Positions 1 to 10,164 of a DNA stretch of 64,000 nt are shown here, in pieces. The stretch lies in contig JAHJIQ010000007.1 of assembly GCA_018823285.1 (NCBI GenBank), positions 4,536 through 68,535 on the forward strand, written 5' to 3'. Under the pieces are notes generated by a model, which saw nothing but the letters and a program-made list of their open reading frames with translations, searched no databases and was not told the origin of the DNA. The first letter of the stretch is position 1; each line of letters starts with the position of its first letter. Position numbers and translations under genes: made by a program. Origin of the DNA: Pseudomonadota bacterium. Its GTDB lineage: Bacteria > Desulfobacterota > Desulfobulbia > Desulfobulbales > JAGXFP01.

Positions 1-2
1 AG

Positions 3-1625
3 AAACTCCAGCTCAATGCGATCAGACTCCAGCTGCCCATCGGGCTCGAAGCGGATTTGAAGGGTGTGGTTGATCTGGTGACCATGAAGGCTGTTTATTT
101 CGAAGGCGATAACGGGGAGATCATCCGCGAGGCGGAGATTCCGGCAGAACTCATGGCGGATGCCGAAGCAGCTCGGGAAGAACTCCTTGATGCCGCTTCC
201 ATGCACTCCGACGAGCTGATGGAAGCGGTGCTCGAAGGAACACCAACCCCGGCAATGATTCGAGACGCAATAAGGCGCGGGACTCTCGCCTTGGACATTA
301 CACCGGTGTTTGTCGGTTCCGCCTATAAGAACAAAGGGGTTCAGGCACTCCTTGACGGGGTGAACAGTTATCTGCCGAACCCGATGGATGTTGAAAATAT
401 CGCGCTTGATCTGAGCAACGGGGAAGCCGAAGTCAAGGTAACCAACCGCCCCGAAGATCCGTTGGTAGCCCTTGCTTTCAAACTCGAAGACGGCCGTTAC
501 GGCCAGCTCACCTATGTCAGAACCTATCAGGGTGTCCTGAAAAAAGGGGATGCCATCGTCAACAGCAGGACGGGCAAGAAGGTCAAGGTCGGGCGGCTGG
601 TCAGGATGCATGCCGACGAGATGGAAGAGATCGACAAGTCCGGCTCAGGAGACATCGTGGCCCTGTTCGGTGTTGATTGTGCATCGGGAGATACCTTTAC
701 TTCAGGGGATCTGAATTACTCGATGAGTTCCATGCATATTCCGGCGCCGGTTATCTCCCTGGCAATTGTGCCGTCGGATAACAAGGCCCAGAACAACATG
801 TCGAAGGCGCTGAACCGCTTCACCAAGGAGGATCCGACCTTCAAGACCTATGTTGATGAAGAAACCAATGAAACCATAATTTCCGGGATGGGAGAACTGC
901 ATCTCGAAGTCTATATCGAAAGGATGAAGAGGGAGTATGGTGCAGTGGTCGCTGTCGGCGCTCCTCAGGTCGCTTACCGCGAAACCATTACCAAAAGAGC
1001 GGAGTTTAACTACAGCCATAAGAAACAGACGGGTGGTTCCGGGCAGTTTGGTCGGGTGGCAGGATACATGGAGCCCACCACGGATGGACAGGAATACGAA
1101 TTTGTCGACAGTATTGTGGGTGGGTCGATTCCCAGGGAATTTATTCCTTCCTGTGATAAGGGTTTCCAGAAGAGTCTGGCCAAGGGTTCCCTGGCGGAAG
1201 CTCCGGTCACCGGGGTGAGAGTGGTCATTAATGACGGTTCCTCGCACGCGGTGGATTCGTCGGATATCGCTTTTCAGCTTGCGGCCATCGGCGCGTTCAA
1301 GGAAGGATATCAGAAGGCAGGCCCGGTATTGATGGAGCCGATCATGAAAGTCTCTGTTGAAGGGCCCACCGAGTTCCAGGGCGGGATCATGGGCAGTATC
1401 AACCAGCGTCGGGGTATGATCATCGGCACAACCGAGGAAGGTAATTATACAGTTGTTGAGGCGGAAGTGCCTCTTTCCGAGATGTTCGGCTATTCGACCA
1501 TATTAAGGTCGCTGACTCAGGGCAAGGCTGAATTTACCATGGAGTTTTCAGTGTATCGCCAGGTGCCGAAGAATGTTGCTGAAGGGATTATTCAGGAACG
1601 GATGAAGCAGAAGAAGAGCAATTAA
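3..1625 (+). CDS. fusA: Elongation factor G, 5'-truncated at the window edge (C-terminal ~540 aa)
   Basis: Frame 3 is open from nt 3 ([26 protein letters not shown]...). The translation has EF-G domain II-V hallmarks ([37 protein letters not shown]). It is not followed by tuf, so it may be an EF-G paralog. Confidence 0.9.
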   Translation, partial: KLQLNAIRLQLPIGLEADLKGVVDLVTMKAVYFEGDNGEIIREAEIPAELMADAEAAREELLDAASMHSDELMEAVLEGTPTPAMIRDAIRRGTLALDITPVFVGSAYKNKGVQALLDGVNSYLPNPMDVENIALDLSNGEAEVKVTNRPEDPLVALAFKLEDGRYGQLTYVRTYQGVLKKGDAIVNSRTGKKVKVGRLVRMHADEMEEIDKSGSGDIVALFGVDCASGDTFTSGDLNYSMSSMHIPAPVISLAIVPSDNKAQNNMSKALNRFTKEDPTFKTYVDEETNETIISGMGELHLEVYIERMKREYGAVVAVGAPQVAYRETITKRAEFNYSHKKQTGGSGQFGRVAGYMEPTTDGQEYEFVDSIVGGSIPREFIPSCDKGFQKSLAKGSLAEAPVTGVRVVINDGSSHAVDSSDIAFQLAAIGAFKEGYQKAGPVLMEPIMKVSVEGPTEFQGGIMGSINQRRGMIIGTTEEGNYTVVEAEVPLSEMFGYSTILRSLTQGKAEFTMEFSVYRQVPKNVAEGIIQERMKQKKSN

Positions 1626-1840
1626 CCTGTTGCCCGGAATGATGGTTATCAGGTAGAATCCGCTTGTCTTTGCCGCAAACTGCAGCGCAAGTCGTTATGG
1701 TCTCTGCGGGAGGATGTTTTGGTTCTTTGAGCCACTGTTAAATCTATTAATTTGATAAGCACTGTCAGTCGGTCCCGCGGATTTTCAAGAAGTTTCACTT
1801 TCGCTGTTTGCGATACTGACAATTGTTTTCATAGGAGATA

Positions 1841-2557
1841 ATGAGCATGCAGAAACAGGATCTTGTCGATAAAAACCCATTGAAAATCTTAGCTCAAACT
1901 AAAGAGGGCAAGCCTGTAAGCAAACGGATGGGTCTGGTCACAGCCCGTGCCGGACTTGGCAAGACTGCTATTCTGGTCCAGATCGCCCTTGACAGTATCC
2001 TGCGTGACAATCAGGTTCTGCATGTCAGCATTGGTCAGAGACTTGAGAAAACAAAAGCCTGGTACGATGACATCATCAAAGACATTACCGAGGGTGTTAA
2101 GCTTGCCAACACTGCTGAACTGATGGCGGATGTTCTTAAGAACAGGCTGATCATGACTTTCAAGGAGTCCGAATTTACCAGGCCCAAGCTGGAAGAAAGA
2201 TTGAACGATCTGGTCTATCAGAATATTTTCCGCCCTTCGTGCCTGGTTATTGACGGCTATGATTTCGGCGATTCATCAAGGGAGGCTCTTGCTGATTTCA
2301 GGGAGCTGATGGAGGCAATGGATCTGCAGATCTGGTTTTCCGCCGTCAGTCATCGTGATGATGATCGGGTGAGTGAAGCGGGGGTTCCTGCACCATGCCA
2401 TACGCTTGATGATTTGTTTGATACGGTTGTTGTGATCAAGCCGGAAACCGCCAAGCCGAATCTCTCCCTGAATATTGTCAAGGATGAAACCGGCTGCGTG
2501 GAAAAAGGTAAGGTGCTGGATCTTGATCCCGCCACCTATCTGGTGAAAAGTACCTGA
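1841..2557 (+). CDS. P-loop NTPase of the RecA/KaiC-like superfamily, function unknown
   Basis: Walker A-like ARAGLGKTA and Walker B-like CLVIDGYDF. RBS aggaga lies upstream of the ATG. I do not recognise a closer family. Confidence 0.55.
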   Translation: MSMQKQDLVDKNPLKILAQTKEGKPVSKRMGLVTARAGLGKTAILVQIALDSILRDNQVLHVSIGQRLEKTKAWYDDIIKDITEGVKLANTAELMADVLKNRLIMTFKESEFTRPKLEERLNDLVYQNIFRPSCLVIDGYDFGDSSREALADFRELMEAMDLQIWFSAVSHRDDDRVSEAGVPAPCHTLDDLFDTVVVIKPETAKPNLSLNIVKDETGCVEKGKVLDLDPATYLVKST

Positions 2558-2634
2558 TAAGATGTTTCTTTCTGAAAATACCAACTGAGAACAGTGGTGG
2601 GAGGCTTGCGGGCTTTTCCACCATTTTTTTTGCC

Positions 2635-3396
2635 ATGAAATTTCGACCATGCATAGACATTCATGAGGGAAGGGTTAAGCAGATCATCGGCTCATCCCTG
2701 TCAGATTTTGATCACGCCGCCCTGCTGACCAATTTTGCCTCTGAGCATCCGCCTGCGTATTACGCAGAGATGTACCGCCGCGACAACCTCACCGGAGGGC
2801 ATGTAATCATGCTTGGCCCCGGGAATGACGGCGCTGCTGCCGAGGCGCTTGAGGCATGGCCTGGCGGCATGCAGCTGGGGGGGGGCGTCAATGCCGGGAA
2901 TGCCATGAAATGGCTCGACCGGGGGGCTTCTGCGGTGATCGTGACATCCTATGTTTTCCATGACGGGGCGGTCAATGAAGAGAGGTTGCGAAAGCTTGTC
3001 GGGACCGTGGGGGCGGAGCGGCTGGTGATCGATCTCAGCTGCAGGAAGAAAGACGGGCGATATTATGTGGTCACTGATCGGTGGCAGAAATTTACCGAGG
3101 TTGAGATTAACCGGGAGGCCATCGCGTATTTTTCCGGATTCTGCAGTGAGCTGCTGATCCATGCAGCCGATGTGGAGGGGAAATGCGAAGGGGTTGCCGT
3201 TGATCTGATTGCCCTGCTTGCTGACCTGGTTACTATTCCGACCACCTACGCCGGCGGGGTAAAAGACCTTGCCGATCTTAAACTTGTAAAGGAGGTTGGC
3301 AAAGGGCGGCTCGATGTGACTGTGGGCAGCGCTCTTGATATTTTTGGCGGTTCCGGGATCAGTTACCGGGAAGCCGTGGATTTCTGCAGTCGGTAG
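2635..3396 (+). CDS. hisA: ProFAR isomerase of histidine biosynthesis (HisA, eukaryotic His6-like type)
   Basis: The N-terminus MKFRPCIDIHEGRVKQIIG is characteristic of His6/HisA-type (beta/alpha)8 isomerases. 253 aa. Confidence 0.75.
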   Translation: MKFRPCIDIHEGRVKQIIGSSLSDFDHAALLTNFASEHPPAYYAEMYRRDNLTGGHVIMLGPGNDGAAAEALEAWPGGMQLGGGVNAGNAMKWLDRGASAVIVTSYVFHDGAVNEERLRKLVGTVGAERLVIDLSCRKKDGRYYVVTDRWQKFTEVEINREAIAYFSGFCSELLIHAADVEGKCEGVAVDLIALLADLVTIPTTYAGGVKDLADLKLVKEVGKGRLDVTVGSALDIFGGSGISYREAVDFCSR

Positions 3397-3540
3397 TAGG
3401 AGTCTTTCGCTCAGGGGTGATGATTCTTTACTCGGCATCATGTGAAAAACGGGTGTGTCGGTAAAGGTCCGGACGTCTTGCATTTTGAATCCCGAATCTA
3501 TAGAATTATTCTGCACCCTGGAATTTACATAAGGTTTTGC

Positions 3541-3735
3541 ATGGAAAATAGTGAAAAGAAGTTGCCACGTACAGAAAACGGAAATGAGCTGGCCGACCTG
3601 AAAATCAAGATTTCTCCTGAACTGTACCGGGCGTTTCAACGGTGCACCTGGGTCATAGTGAACGAAACCGGCAGGGGGCAACTTGAGATTATGGATGAAA
3701 TGGTCAGGGATTTTCTGGTAAAACATGGCTGTTAG
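3541..3735 (+). CDS. Small hypothetical protein (64 aa)
   Basis: Internal ATG of the tracked ORF 3442..3735 (MENSEKKLPRTENG...), directly upstream of the HDOD gene. No recognisable family. Confidence 0.35.
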   Translation: MENSEKKLPRTENGNELADLKIKISPELYRAFQRCTWVIVNETGRGQLEIMDEMVRDFLVKHGC

Positions 3736-3780
3736 GAATTCAGATAACGGATCGCTGCACCCGCCCAAGGGATTAAGATT

Positions 3781-4674
3781 ATGACAGAATCACTGCCGAC
3801 CAATGATGTGAGGTTCAGGCAGATTCAGGACTATATCGACCGGATGCCGAGTCTTTCGACAACCGTTACGAAAGTGCTGGAAGTGTGCAATCGTCCCAAT
3901 ACTTCTCCCAATGATCTTAACCGAGTGATTTCCCTCGACCCGGTTCTCACCGGTCAGGTCCTCAAGCTGATCAATTCGGCTTATTATTCATTGCCCAACC
4001 AGATCACGTCACTCACCAGGGCCATCATTATGCTCGGCCTGAATACCGTTAAAAACCTGGCTTTGAGTACCGCTGTTCTCGGGGCTTTCAAGTCGGATGC
4101 CTTTCAGGCCCTGTCCATGGACGGATTCTGGGCCCACTCCATCTGCGTTGGAGTGACCGTAAAAACCCTGGCCGCGAAACTTGAAATTCCAGTGGCCATG
4201 CGGGAGGAGTATTTTGTAGCCGGTCTGCTTCACGATCTTGGTAAAATCCCGCTGAACAACTGCTTTTCAGAGGAGTACAGCCGGATATTGAACCTGGCGG
4301 TCCTTGAGCAGGGGCCGTTGAAGCGTGCCGAGGAGATGATGCTTGGCTTTGATCATGGTCAGGTTGGCGGAATGATCGCCGGCAAATGGCAACTCAATGA
4401 AGCAATTACCGATGTGCTGAGCGACCATCACACTCCGGAAAATATCACCGGGGAGAGAAGTCAGATGGTGATGATGACCAGTCTGGCCAATGTCTATGCC
4501 AACATCAATCAGTTCGGTACCGCAGGGGATCAGTATCAGGATGAATCCCAGCTTTCCTGGCTGTTGGAATCACTGGGTCTTAAATGGAGTGACCTGCAGG
4601 CGATGGAGGGGACGGTCAGGGCTGAAATTGAAAAAGCACAGATTTTTCTCCAAATCTCAGAGGAGGCGTGGTGA
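3781..4674 (+). CDS. HDOD domain signalling protein
   Basis: LPSLSTTVTKVLEVCNRPNTSPNDLNRVISLDPVLTGQVLKLINSAYYSL and the later HDLGK motif are typical of HDOD domains. Confidence 0.8.
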   Translation: MTESLPTNDVRFRQIQDYIDRMPSLSTTVTKVLEVCNRPNTSPNDLNRVISLDPVLTGQVLKLINSAYYSLPNQITSLTRAIIMLGLNTVKNLALSTAVLGAFKSDAFQALSMDGFWAHSICVGVTVKTLAAKLEIPVAMREEYFVAGLLHDLGKIPLNNCFSEEYSRILNLAVLEQGPLKRAEEMMLGFDHGQVGGMIAGKWQLNEAITDVLSDHHTPENITGERSQMVMMTSLANVYANINQFGTAGDQYQDESQLSWLLESLGLKWSDLQAMEGTVRAEIEKAQIFLQISEEAW

Positions 4675-5588
4675 TGCAGGTTAAATTCTGGGGAGTGCGG
4701 GGGTCTATTCCCTGCCCCGGGCCCGATACCGTGAAGTATGGGGGAAACACACCATGTATAGAGCTGCGAATAAGGGAGAGCGGAAGGCTTATTATTATTG
4801 ATGCCGGATCAGGGATCCGGGAACTCGGCAATTATATGATGGCCCATGACCTGCCAAAAGGACCGATCCGGGCCGAACTTTTTCTGACTCACACCCATTG
4901 GGACCACATCATGGGATATCCGTTTTTCACCCCGATCTATATTCCGGGCACCGAGATCAGGGTCTGCGGGCCGGTGAACCATGAGGAGGACAGCCTGGAG
5001 GGAATAGTCGGCGGTCAGATGTCATACCGTTATTTCCCGGTCCGACATCTGGAGCTGGCGGCAAAGATTAAATACACCAGCCTGAAGGAAGGGAAATTCG
5101 ATCTGGGAGAAGGGATGGTTCTTACCACCAAATATCTGAACCATCCTGTGTTATGTCTGGGCTACCGTTTTCAATACAAGGGAAAGGTGTTCTGTACCGC
5201 ATACGACACCGAACCGTTTCAGAACCTTTTCACCACAGATATCAATGATCCCTCGTATGACAAAGACATGGCGCAGGAAGGAAAGGCTGTGGCCGATGAG
5301 CAGAACAAGGCCATTGAAGATTTCTTCAAGGGCGTCGATGTGCTTGTTCACGACGCGCAATACACCAAACGGGAGTATAAGGAATCCAGAGTGGGCTGGG
5401 GGCACAGCTCGATTGAGCATACGGTTGCTGCGGCAAACCGGGCCGGGGTCAAGAATCTGGTGCTTTTTCATCACGAGCCTGGCCGTTCCGACAAAGAGAT
5501 CGACAGGATCGCAGAAGAACTCCATGCCGGCAAGAAATGGTCAACGAATCTGATCTTTGCCCGGGAAGGGATGGTGATCGATGTGTAG
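4674..5588 (+). CDS. MBL-fold metallo-hydrolase
   Basis: THTHWDH metal-binding motif. AGGAGG lies 7 nt upstream of ATG 4674, which overlaps the HDOD stop codon (TGATG). The GTG at 4668 is an alternative start. Confidence 0.8.
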   Translation: MQVKFWGVRGSIPCPGPDTVKYGGNTPCIELRIRESGRLIIIDAGSGIRELGNYMMAHDLPKGPIRAELFLTHTHWDHIMGYPFFTPIYIPGTEIRVCGPVNHEEDSLEGIVGGQMSYRYFPVRHLELAAKIKYTSLKEGKFDLGEGMVLTTKYLNHPVLCLGYRFQYKGKVFCTAYDTEPFQNLFTTDINDPSYDKDMAQEGKAVADEQNKAIEDFFKGVDVLVHDAQYTKREYKESRVGWGHSSIEHTVAAANRAGVKNLVLFHHEPGRSDKEIDRIAEELHAGKKWSTNLIFAREGMVIDV

Positions 5589-5719
5589 TTTAAAGTATCC
5601 CCGCCGGCTCTGATTTATTGCGGTGATCCCTTCCCCTTGATTTTTCCCCGCCATCCTTTTCCCCGGTAACACCGGTTTTTTTCTATACTTCCTTTCCCAT
5701 AGTTTCTATACCTATTCCC

Positions 5720-7897
5720 ATGAATGCGGATAATGCAAAAGGCGATGAAGCGGCACTTGAGGGGATCCTGGAGAGAATCACCTTTCACAGTGAAGAAACC
5801 GGCTTTACCGTTGCCAGGTTGAGAGAGGATGGTGGAGCGGGTGATCTGAAGACGATCGTCGGCACTTTCTCTTCTCTTGCCGTTGGTTCGTCACTCTCAC
5901 TCATTGGAAAATGGGAGAAAGATTCACGTCATGGCGAACAGTTCAAAGTCGAAAAATGCACGATAGTACGCCCCAGTACATTGAAGGGTATTGAAAAGTA
6001 TCTCGGTTCGGGGTTGTTCAAAGGAATCGGCCCTGCTTATGCGGGGAGGATCGTCAAGCGTTTCGGCATAGCGACTCTTGAGGTTCTTGACAAAGAGCCG
6101 GGGAGACTGCGTGAGGTTCAGGGGCTGGGGCGCAAGAAAGTGGCGGGGATCAAAAAAATCTGGCAGGAACAGCGAAATGTCCATGAGATCATGGTCTTTC
6201 TCCAGAGCCATGAAATATCTGCAGCCTACGCGGTCAAGATCTATAAGGTTTATGGTGATGCTTCTTTAGCCGTCGTTCGGGAAAACCCGTATCGTTTGTC
6301 GGAAGATATCTGGGGCATCGGGTTTCTGACCGCGGATCGGATTGCCAGGTCGGTGGGAATGGCAATGGACGACCCCAGGCGTGCCAGAGCAGGCGTTCTT
6401 TACACTCTCAACGAGGCTACGGGGGAGGGACATTGTTTTTTGCCGGAACATGAGTTGCTGGAAAGAAGCAGTCTCCTTCTGGCGATGCCTGTCGAACTGA
6501 TAATCCCTCATCTGCCGCAGTTGGTCGCCGAGGAAAAGCTGGTCTTGGCGGACAAAAGGGTCTACCCGGCCAATCTTTATGCGGCCGAGACGGGCAGCGC
6601 AGCAAATCTGCTCAGAATTGGCGCCGGCACGCCGGTCTGGTGTGGTATTGATTGCGAAGCTGAAATTGTAAAAGTGCAGAAAGAGATCAGTATCGCTCTT
6701 GCCCTGGGCCAATCCGAGGCTTTGCAGGCGGTTCTGGAAAACCGTCTTACCGTCATAACCGGTGGCCCGGGGACTGGGAAAAGCACCATTTTAAAGGCAC
6801 TGGTAATCATTCTGGAAAACAAAGGGTTCAATGTCAGCCTTGCCGCCCCCACCGGCAGAGCTGCCAAGAGACTTGGTGAGGCAACGGGCAGAGAAGCCAG
6901 AACGATTCATCGCCTCCTTGAATTTGATCCTTCCATAAACGGATTTAAGAGAAACAGAGACAATTGTCTTGATGCCGACCTGGTGATTGTTGACGAAGTG
7001 TCGATGCTTGACATCATCCTGGCCAATGCCCTGTTGAGGTCGATTTCCGCAACCGGTGCGCTGGTGTTGGTCGGTGATGCCGACCAGTTGCCCTCGGTCG
7101 GGCCAGGGAATTTCCTGAAAGATATCATTGAATTCGGCCGGATCAAGGTGTCCCTGCTTACCCGGATATTCAGGCAGGATGAAGGAAGTCTGATCAGCAT
7201 TAATGGGGCCCGGGTTAACCGTGGAGAGCCTCTTGAGCTGTTGCCTGACTTCAAGGGGGAGAAAGATTTTTATTATATTTCCCGGGAAAATCCCGATGAG
7301 ATAGTAAGAGAGATAACCTCTCTCTGCGGCGGCAGACTGACCGTGAAATATGGCTTTGATCCGCTGAAGGATATTCAGGTCCTTTCGCCCATGCGGAAAG
7401 GACTTGTTGGAATTGACAACCTGAACAGCAGTCTGCAGGAGGTTTTGAATCCAGGCAAACAGGAGGTACAAAAAGGGCATGTAAAGTTCAGGGTTGGTGA
7501 TAAAGTCATGCAGTTGCGTAACAATTATGATAAGGATGTATTTAATGGTGACCTTGGTTTCATCGAAACGATTGACGAGGATGAGCAACTGCTGATCCTT
7601 GATATAGAAGGAAGGAAGGTCAGGTATGAGATGTCGGAGCTTTCCGAGCTCCAGTTGGCTTATGCCATAACCGTTCACAAGTCTCAGGGTTCTGAGTTTC
7701 CGTGCATCATCCTGCCTGTCCACACTTCCCACTATCCTCTTTTGCAGAGGAACCTGGTCTATACCGGAATAACCCGTGGCCGGCAGCTGGTGGTGATTGT
7801 GGGAAGTCGCAAGGCACTTGGCATTGCCATCCGCAATGATCAAGTGATGCAGAGAAACAGCGGGCTGAAGGAGAGACTGGCTGATGGTTGTCTATGA
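5720..7897 (+). CDS. recD2: RecD2-type SF1B ATP-dependent DNA helicase (RecD/TraA family)
   Basis: 725 aa. Walker A GGPGTGKST, DEVSMLD, VGDADQLPSVGPG and a C-terminal AITVHKSQGSEF motif, with an N-terminal HhH-like region. Confidence 0.85.
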   Translation: MNADNAKGDEAALEGILERITFHSEETGFTVARLREDGGAGDLKTIVGTFSSLAVGSSLSLIGKWEKDSRHGEQFKVEKCTIVRPSTLKGIEKYLGSGLFKGIGPAYAGRIVKRFGIATLEVLDKEPGRLREVQGLGRKKVAGIKKIWQEQRNVHEIMVFLQSHEISAAYAVKIYKVYGDASLAVVRENPYRLSEDIWGIGFLTADRIARSVGMAMDDPRRARAGVLYTLNEATGEGHCFLPEHELLERSSLLLAMPVELIIPHLPQLVAEEKLVLADKRVYPANLYAAETGSAANLLRIGAGTPVWCGIDCEAEIVKVQKEISIALALGQSEALQAVLENRLTVITGGPGTGKSTILKALVIILENKGFNVSLAAPTGRAAKRLGEATGREARTIHRLLEFDPSINGFKRNRDNCLDADLVIVDEVSMLDIILANALLRSISATGALVLVGDADQLPSVGPGNFLKDIIEFGRIKVSLLTRIFRQDEGSLISINGARVNRGEPLELLPDFKGEKDFYYISRENPDEIVREITSLCGGRLTVKYGFDPLKDIQVLSPMRKGLVGIDNLNSSLQEVLNPGKQEVQKGHVKFRVGDKVMQLRNNYDKDVFNGDLGFIETIDEDEQLLILDIEGRKVRYEMSELSELQLAYAITVHKSQGSEFPCIILPVHTSHYPLLQRNLVYTGITRGRQLVVIVGSRKALGIAIRNDQVMQRNSGLKERLADGCL

Positions 7898-8312
7898 GAT
7901 CAAAAGACCGACTCCGGTAGTGACCCCTCCCACCCCCAAAGTGGCCGGTCGTGATGTTGACCCCGTATTTGATATTGAAATGGCATCCCACGTCAAGCGC
8001 TTTGAAAGGGTCTATGAGTCTTCACGGGGGAAGCAGAAAAAGCAGGAAGATGAATATTCTCAGGGCGACAGGCCGCAGGACACGGTCCGGGAAATGGTCG
8101 ACCGGGTGAATCGCAACCTGGAAAAACACGGAATTCTCGTTCATCTGGTTCTTTCCAGAGACGAAAACGGGTTTTCCGTCGATGTCTATGACTGTACCAG
8201 CAACGAAGTGTGCGAGGTCATCCGTGACATGGTAATCGACCTGAATGACCTCCCCGCCCTGATCAGAAAGCTTCAACAGGAAACAGGTTTTATCGTCGAT
8301 ACAGTTTCCTGA
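7884..8312 (+). CDS. Hypothetical protein with a weak FlaG-like C-terminus
   Basis: Overlaps the recD2 stop by 14 nt. The C-terminal segment LVHLVLSRDENGFSVDVYDCTSNEVCEVIRDM resembles the FlaG fold pattern only loosely. Confidence 0.35.
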   Translation: MVVYEIKRPTPVVTPPTPKVAGRDVDPVFDIEMASHVKRFERVYESSRGKQKKQEDEYSQGDRPQDTVREMVDRVNRNLEKHGILVHLVLSRDENGFSVDVYDCTSNEVCEVIRDMVIDLNDLPALIRKLQQETGFIVDTVS

Positions 8313-8486
8313 ACGTCACGCCATTTATTTCATATAGGAATTCTTCCTGAATAATCTGCGATTTCTCCTGCCTTTTTCTTGTTGAAAAAAGAAAACAAAC
8401 ATGATAGGAATTCTGCTCGGCGAATGAATCGTCATTCATAATTTCTGGCCTTGTTTCTGGGTCTGTTGTTTTACCGGAATTTTTTT

Positions 8487-9023
8487 ATGCAGCTTTTGCA
8501 GTTGTTCAGGGAGAAGGAGGGGGGGATTGTAAAAAAATGGGTCGACCATATTTTTTCCGAGTTCCCTTCTGAGTCACTTAGATTTCTTAACAATAAATCT
8601 GATCGATTTGCCAACCCGCTGGGGCATAATTTTACTGCAGGGCTGGCAGAACTTTTCAGAGCCCTGGGGTCGGATGTGGATGTAGATATCACACCCGCCC
8701 TTGAGCAGTTGATGAAACTAAGGGCGGTTCAGAAAGAACACACCCCTTCCGAGTCGTTAAGCTTTATTTTTGAAGTAAAAAGAATCTTCAGGAGCGAATG
8801 CCGCAAGGAGTGGTCCGCTGAGCTTGAACAGCAATGGCCTGATTTTGAAGCCAGGGTGGACAAGCTGGCTCTTCAGGGTTTTGATCTGTACATGGCCAGT
8901 CGTGAAAGGTTGTTCAATGTCCGCATGCATGAACTGCGAAGCGGACGCGGTGAAATAGTTGATCGGGCGAGATGTCCATCCGCGATGTTGCGGGAAGAGA
9001 TGAAGTTGAAGGAAAAAAGTTAA
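8487..9023 (+). CDS. RsbRD N-terminal-like domain protein upstream of the dsr operon
   Basis: MQLLQLFREKEGGIVKKWVDHIFSEFPSES...FANPLGHNF resembles the RsbRD_N family, recalled from memory. ATG 8487 is preferred over the tracked TTG 8451. Confidence 0.5.
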   Translation: MQLLQLFREKEGGIVKKWVDHIFSEFPSESLRFLNNKSDRFANPLGHNFTAGLAELFRALGSDVDVDITPALEQLMKLRAVQKEHTPSESLSFIFEVKRIFRSECRKEWSAELEQQWPDFEARVDKLALQGFDLYMASRERLFNVRMHELRSGRGEIVDRARCPSAMLREEMKLKEKS

Positions 9024-9073
9024 TGACAGCTAAACCATTAATCACAGTTCAACTAGATGCGAGGTAACAGTAA

Positions 9074-10132
9074 ATGAAAGTCCTGAAAGCTTTAGGTATT
9101 GTCCTGGTGCTGATGGCGTTGGCCTATGTGGGCGTTATGTTGCCCGGCGGGCGAACGCTGTTCGGGGTCGTCTTCCCGTACCTGGCCCTGGCCATATTCA
9201 TCATCTTCTTCATCGCCAAGGTGGTGGGCTGGGCTAAGTCTCCTGTACCATTCAGGATCCCGACCACCAGTGGCCAGGCGAACTCTCTGCCGTGGATCAA
9301 ACAGAACAAGCTGGATTGCCCTTCAACCACTGCAGGGGTGATCGGCAGGATGGTGCTGGAGATCTTCGCTTTCCGGTCACTGTTTAAAAACACCCGGGCG
9401 GAGATTCACGAAGGACCGAAACTTGCCTACGGGAGCAGTAAGTTCCTCTGGCTGTTCGGGATCATGTTTCATTATTCGTTCCTGTTGATCGTTCTTCGCC
9501 ACCTGCGCCTCTTCACCGACCCGATTCCCGCTTTTGTTCACGCGCTGGAATTTGGCGACGGTTTTCTGCAGGTGGGGGCGCCCACCCTGTACATTACCGA
9601 TCTGGTATTCATCGGGGCGCTGACCTTTCTTTTCCTGCGTAGACTTGTTCTTCCCGCTATCCGCTACATATCCCTGCCGGCAGATTATTTTCCGCTTTTC
9701 CTGATTCTCGGCATCGGTATCACCGGGGTGTTGATGCGGTACTTTGTCCGGGTTGATGTCGTCAGCATCAAGATGCTGACTCATGGTCTGGCAACTTTTC
9801 AGCCGGTTATATCTGAAAATGTCAGCGGCCTATTCTTTGTCCATCTTTTTCTGGTCGCGTCCCTTCTTGCCTATTTCCCATTCAGCAAGTTGATGCATCT
9901 GGGCGGGGTGTTTTTAAGTCCGACCAGGAATCTTGCCAACAACAGCCGTATGGTGAGACATATCAATCCCTGGAATGATCCCTCCATCAAACCCCATTCT
10001 TATGCCAGTTATGAAGATGAGTTCCGGGAGTTTATGGTAGATGCGGGTCTGCCTGTCGATAAAGAGTTGCCGCCAGCGCCAGCTGAGGAAGTGGCTCCAG
10101 CGGAAGGTGGAGCGTCGGCGGAATCTGAATGA
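9074..10132 (+). CDS. dsrM: DsrM, NarI-like di-heme b membrane subunit of the DsrMKJOP complex
   Basis: Polytopic membrane protein of 352 aa at the first position of an M-K-J-O-P gene order. Confidence 0.85.
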   Translation: MKVLKALGIVLVLMALAYVGVMLPGGRTLFGVVFPYLALAIFIIFFIAKVVGWAKSPVPFRIPTTSGQANSLPWIKQNKLDCPSTTAGVIGRMVLEIFAFRSLFKNTRAEIHEGPKLAYGSSKFLWLFGIMFHYSFLLIVLRHLRLFTDPIPAFVHALEFGDGFLQVGAPTLYITDLVFIGALTFLFLRRLVLPAIRYISLPADYFPLFLILGIGITGVLMRYFVRVDVVSIKMLTHGLATFQPVISENVSGLFFVHLFLVASLLAYFPFSKLMHLGGVFLSPTRNLANNSRMVRHINPWNDPSIKPHSYASYEDEFREFMVDAGLPVDKELPPAPAEEVAPAEGGASAESE

Positions 10133-10164
10133 GCATGAAAATCAGCTGATAAGGAACTACGAAA

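Noticed and set aside
2701-3768. 355-aa minus-strand ORF
   Set aside because: It is antisense to the HisA-like gene and the small downstream gene, and it has no recognisable domains.
6791-7843. 350-aa minus-strand ORF, and similar antisense ORFs at 11260..11940, 38532..39251 and 55065..55757
   Set aside because: All lie opposite strongly supported genes (recD2, dsrK/J, cti-like, B12-rSAM) and lack motifs. They are shadow ORFs.
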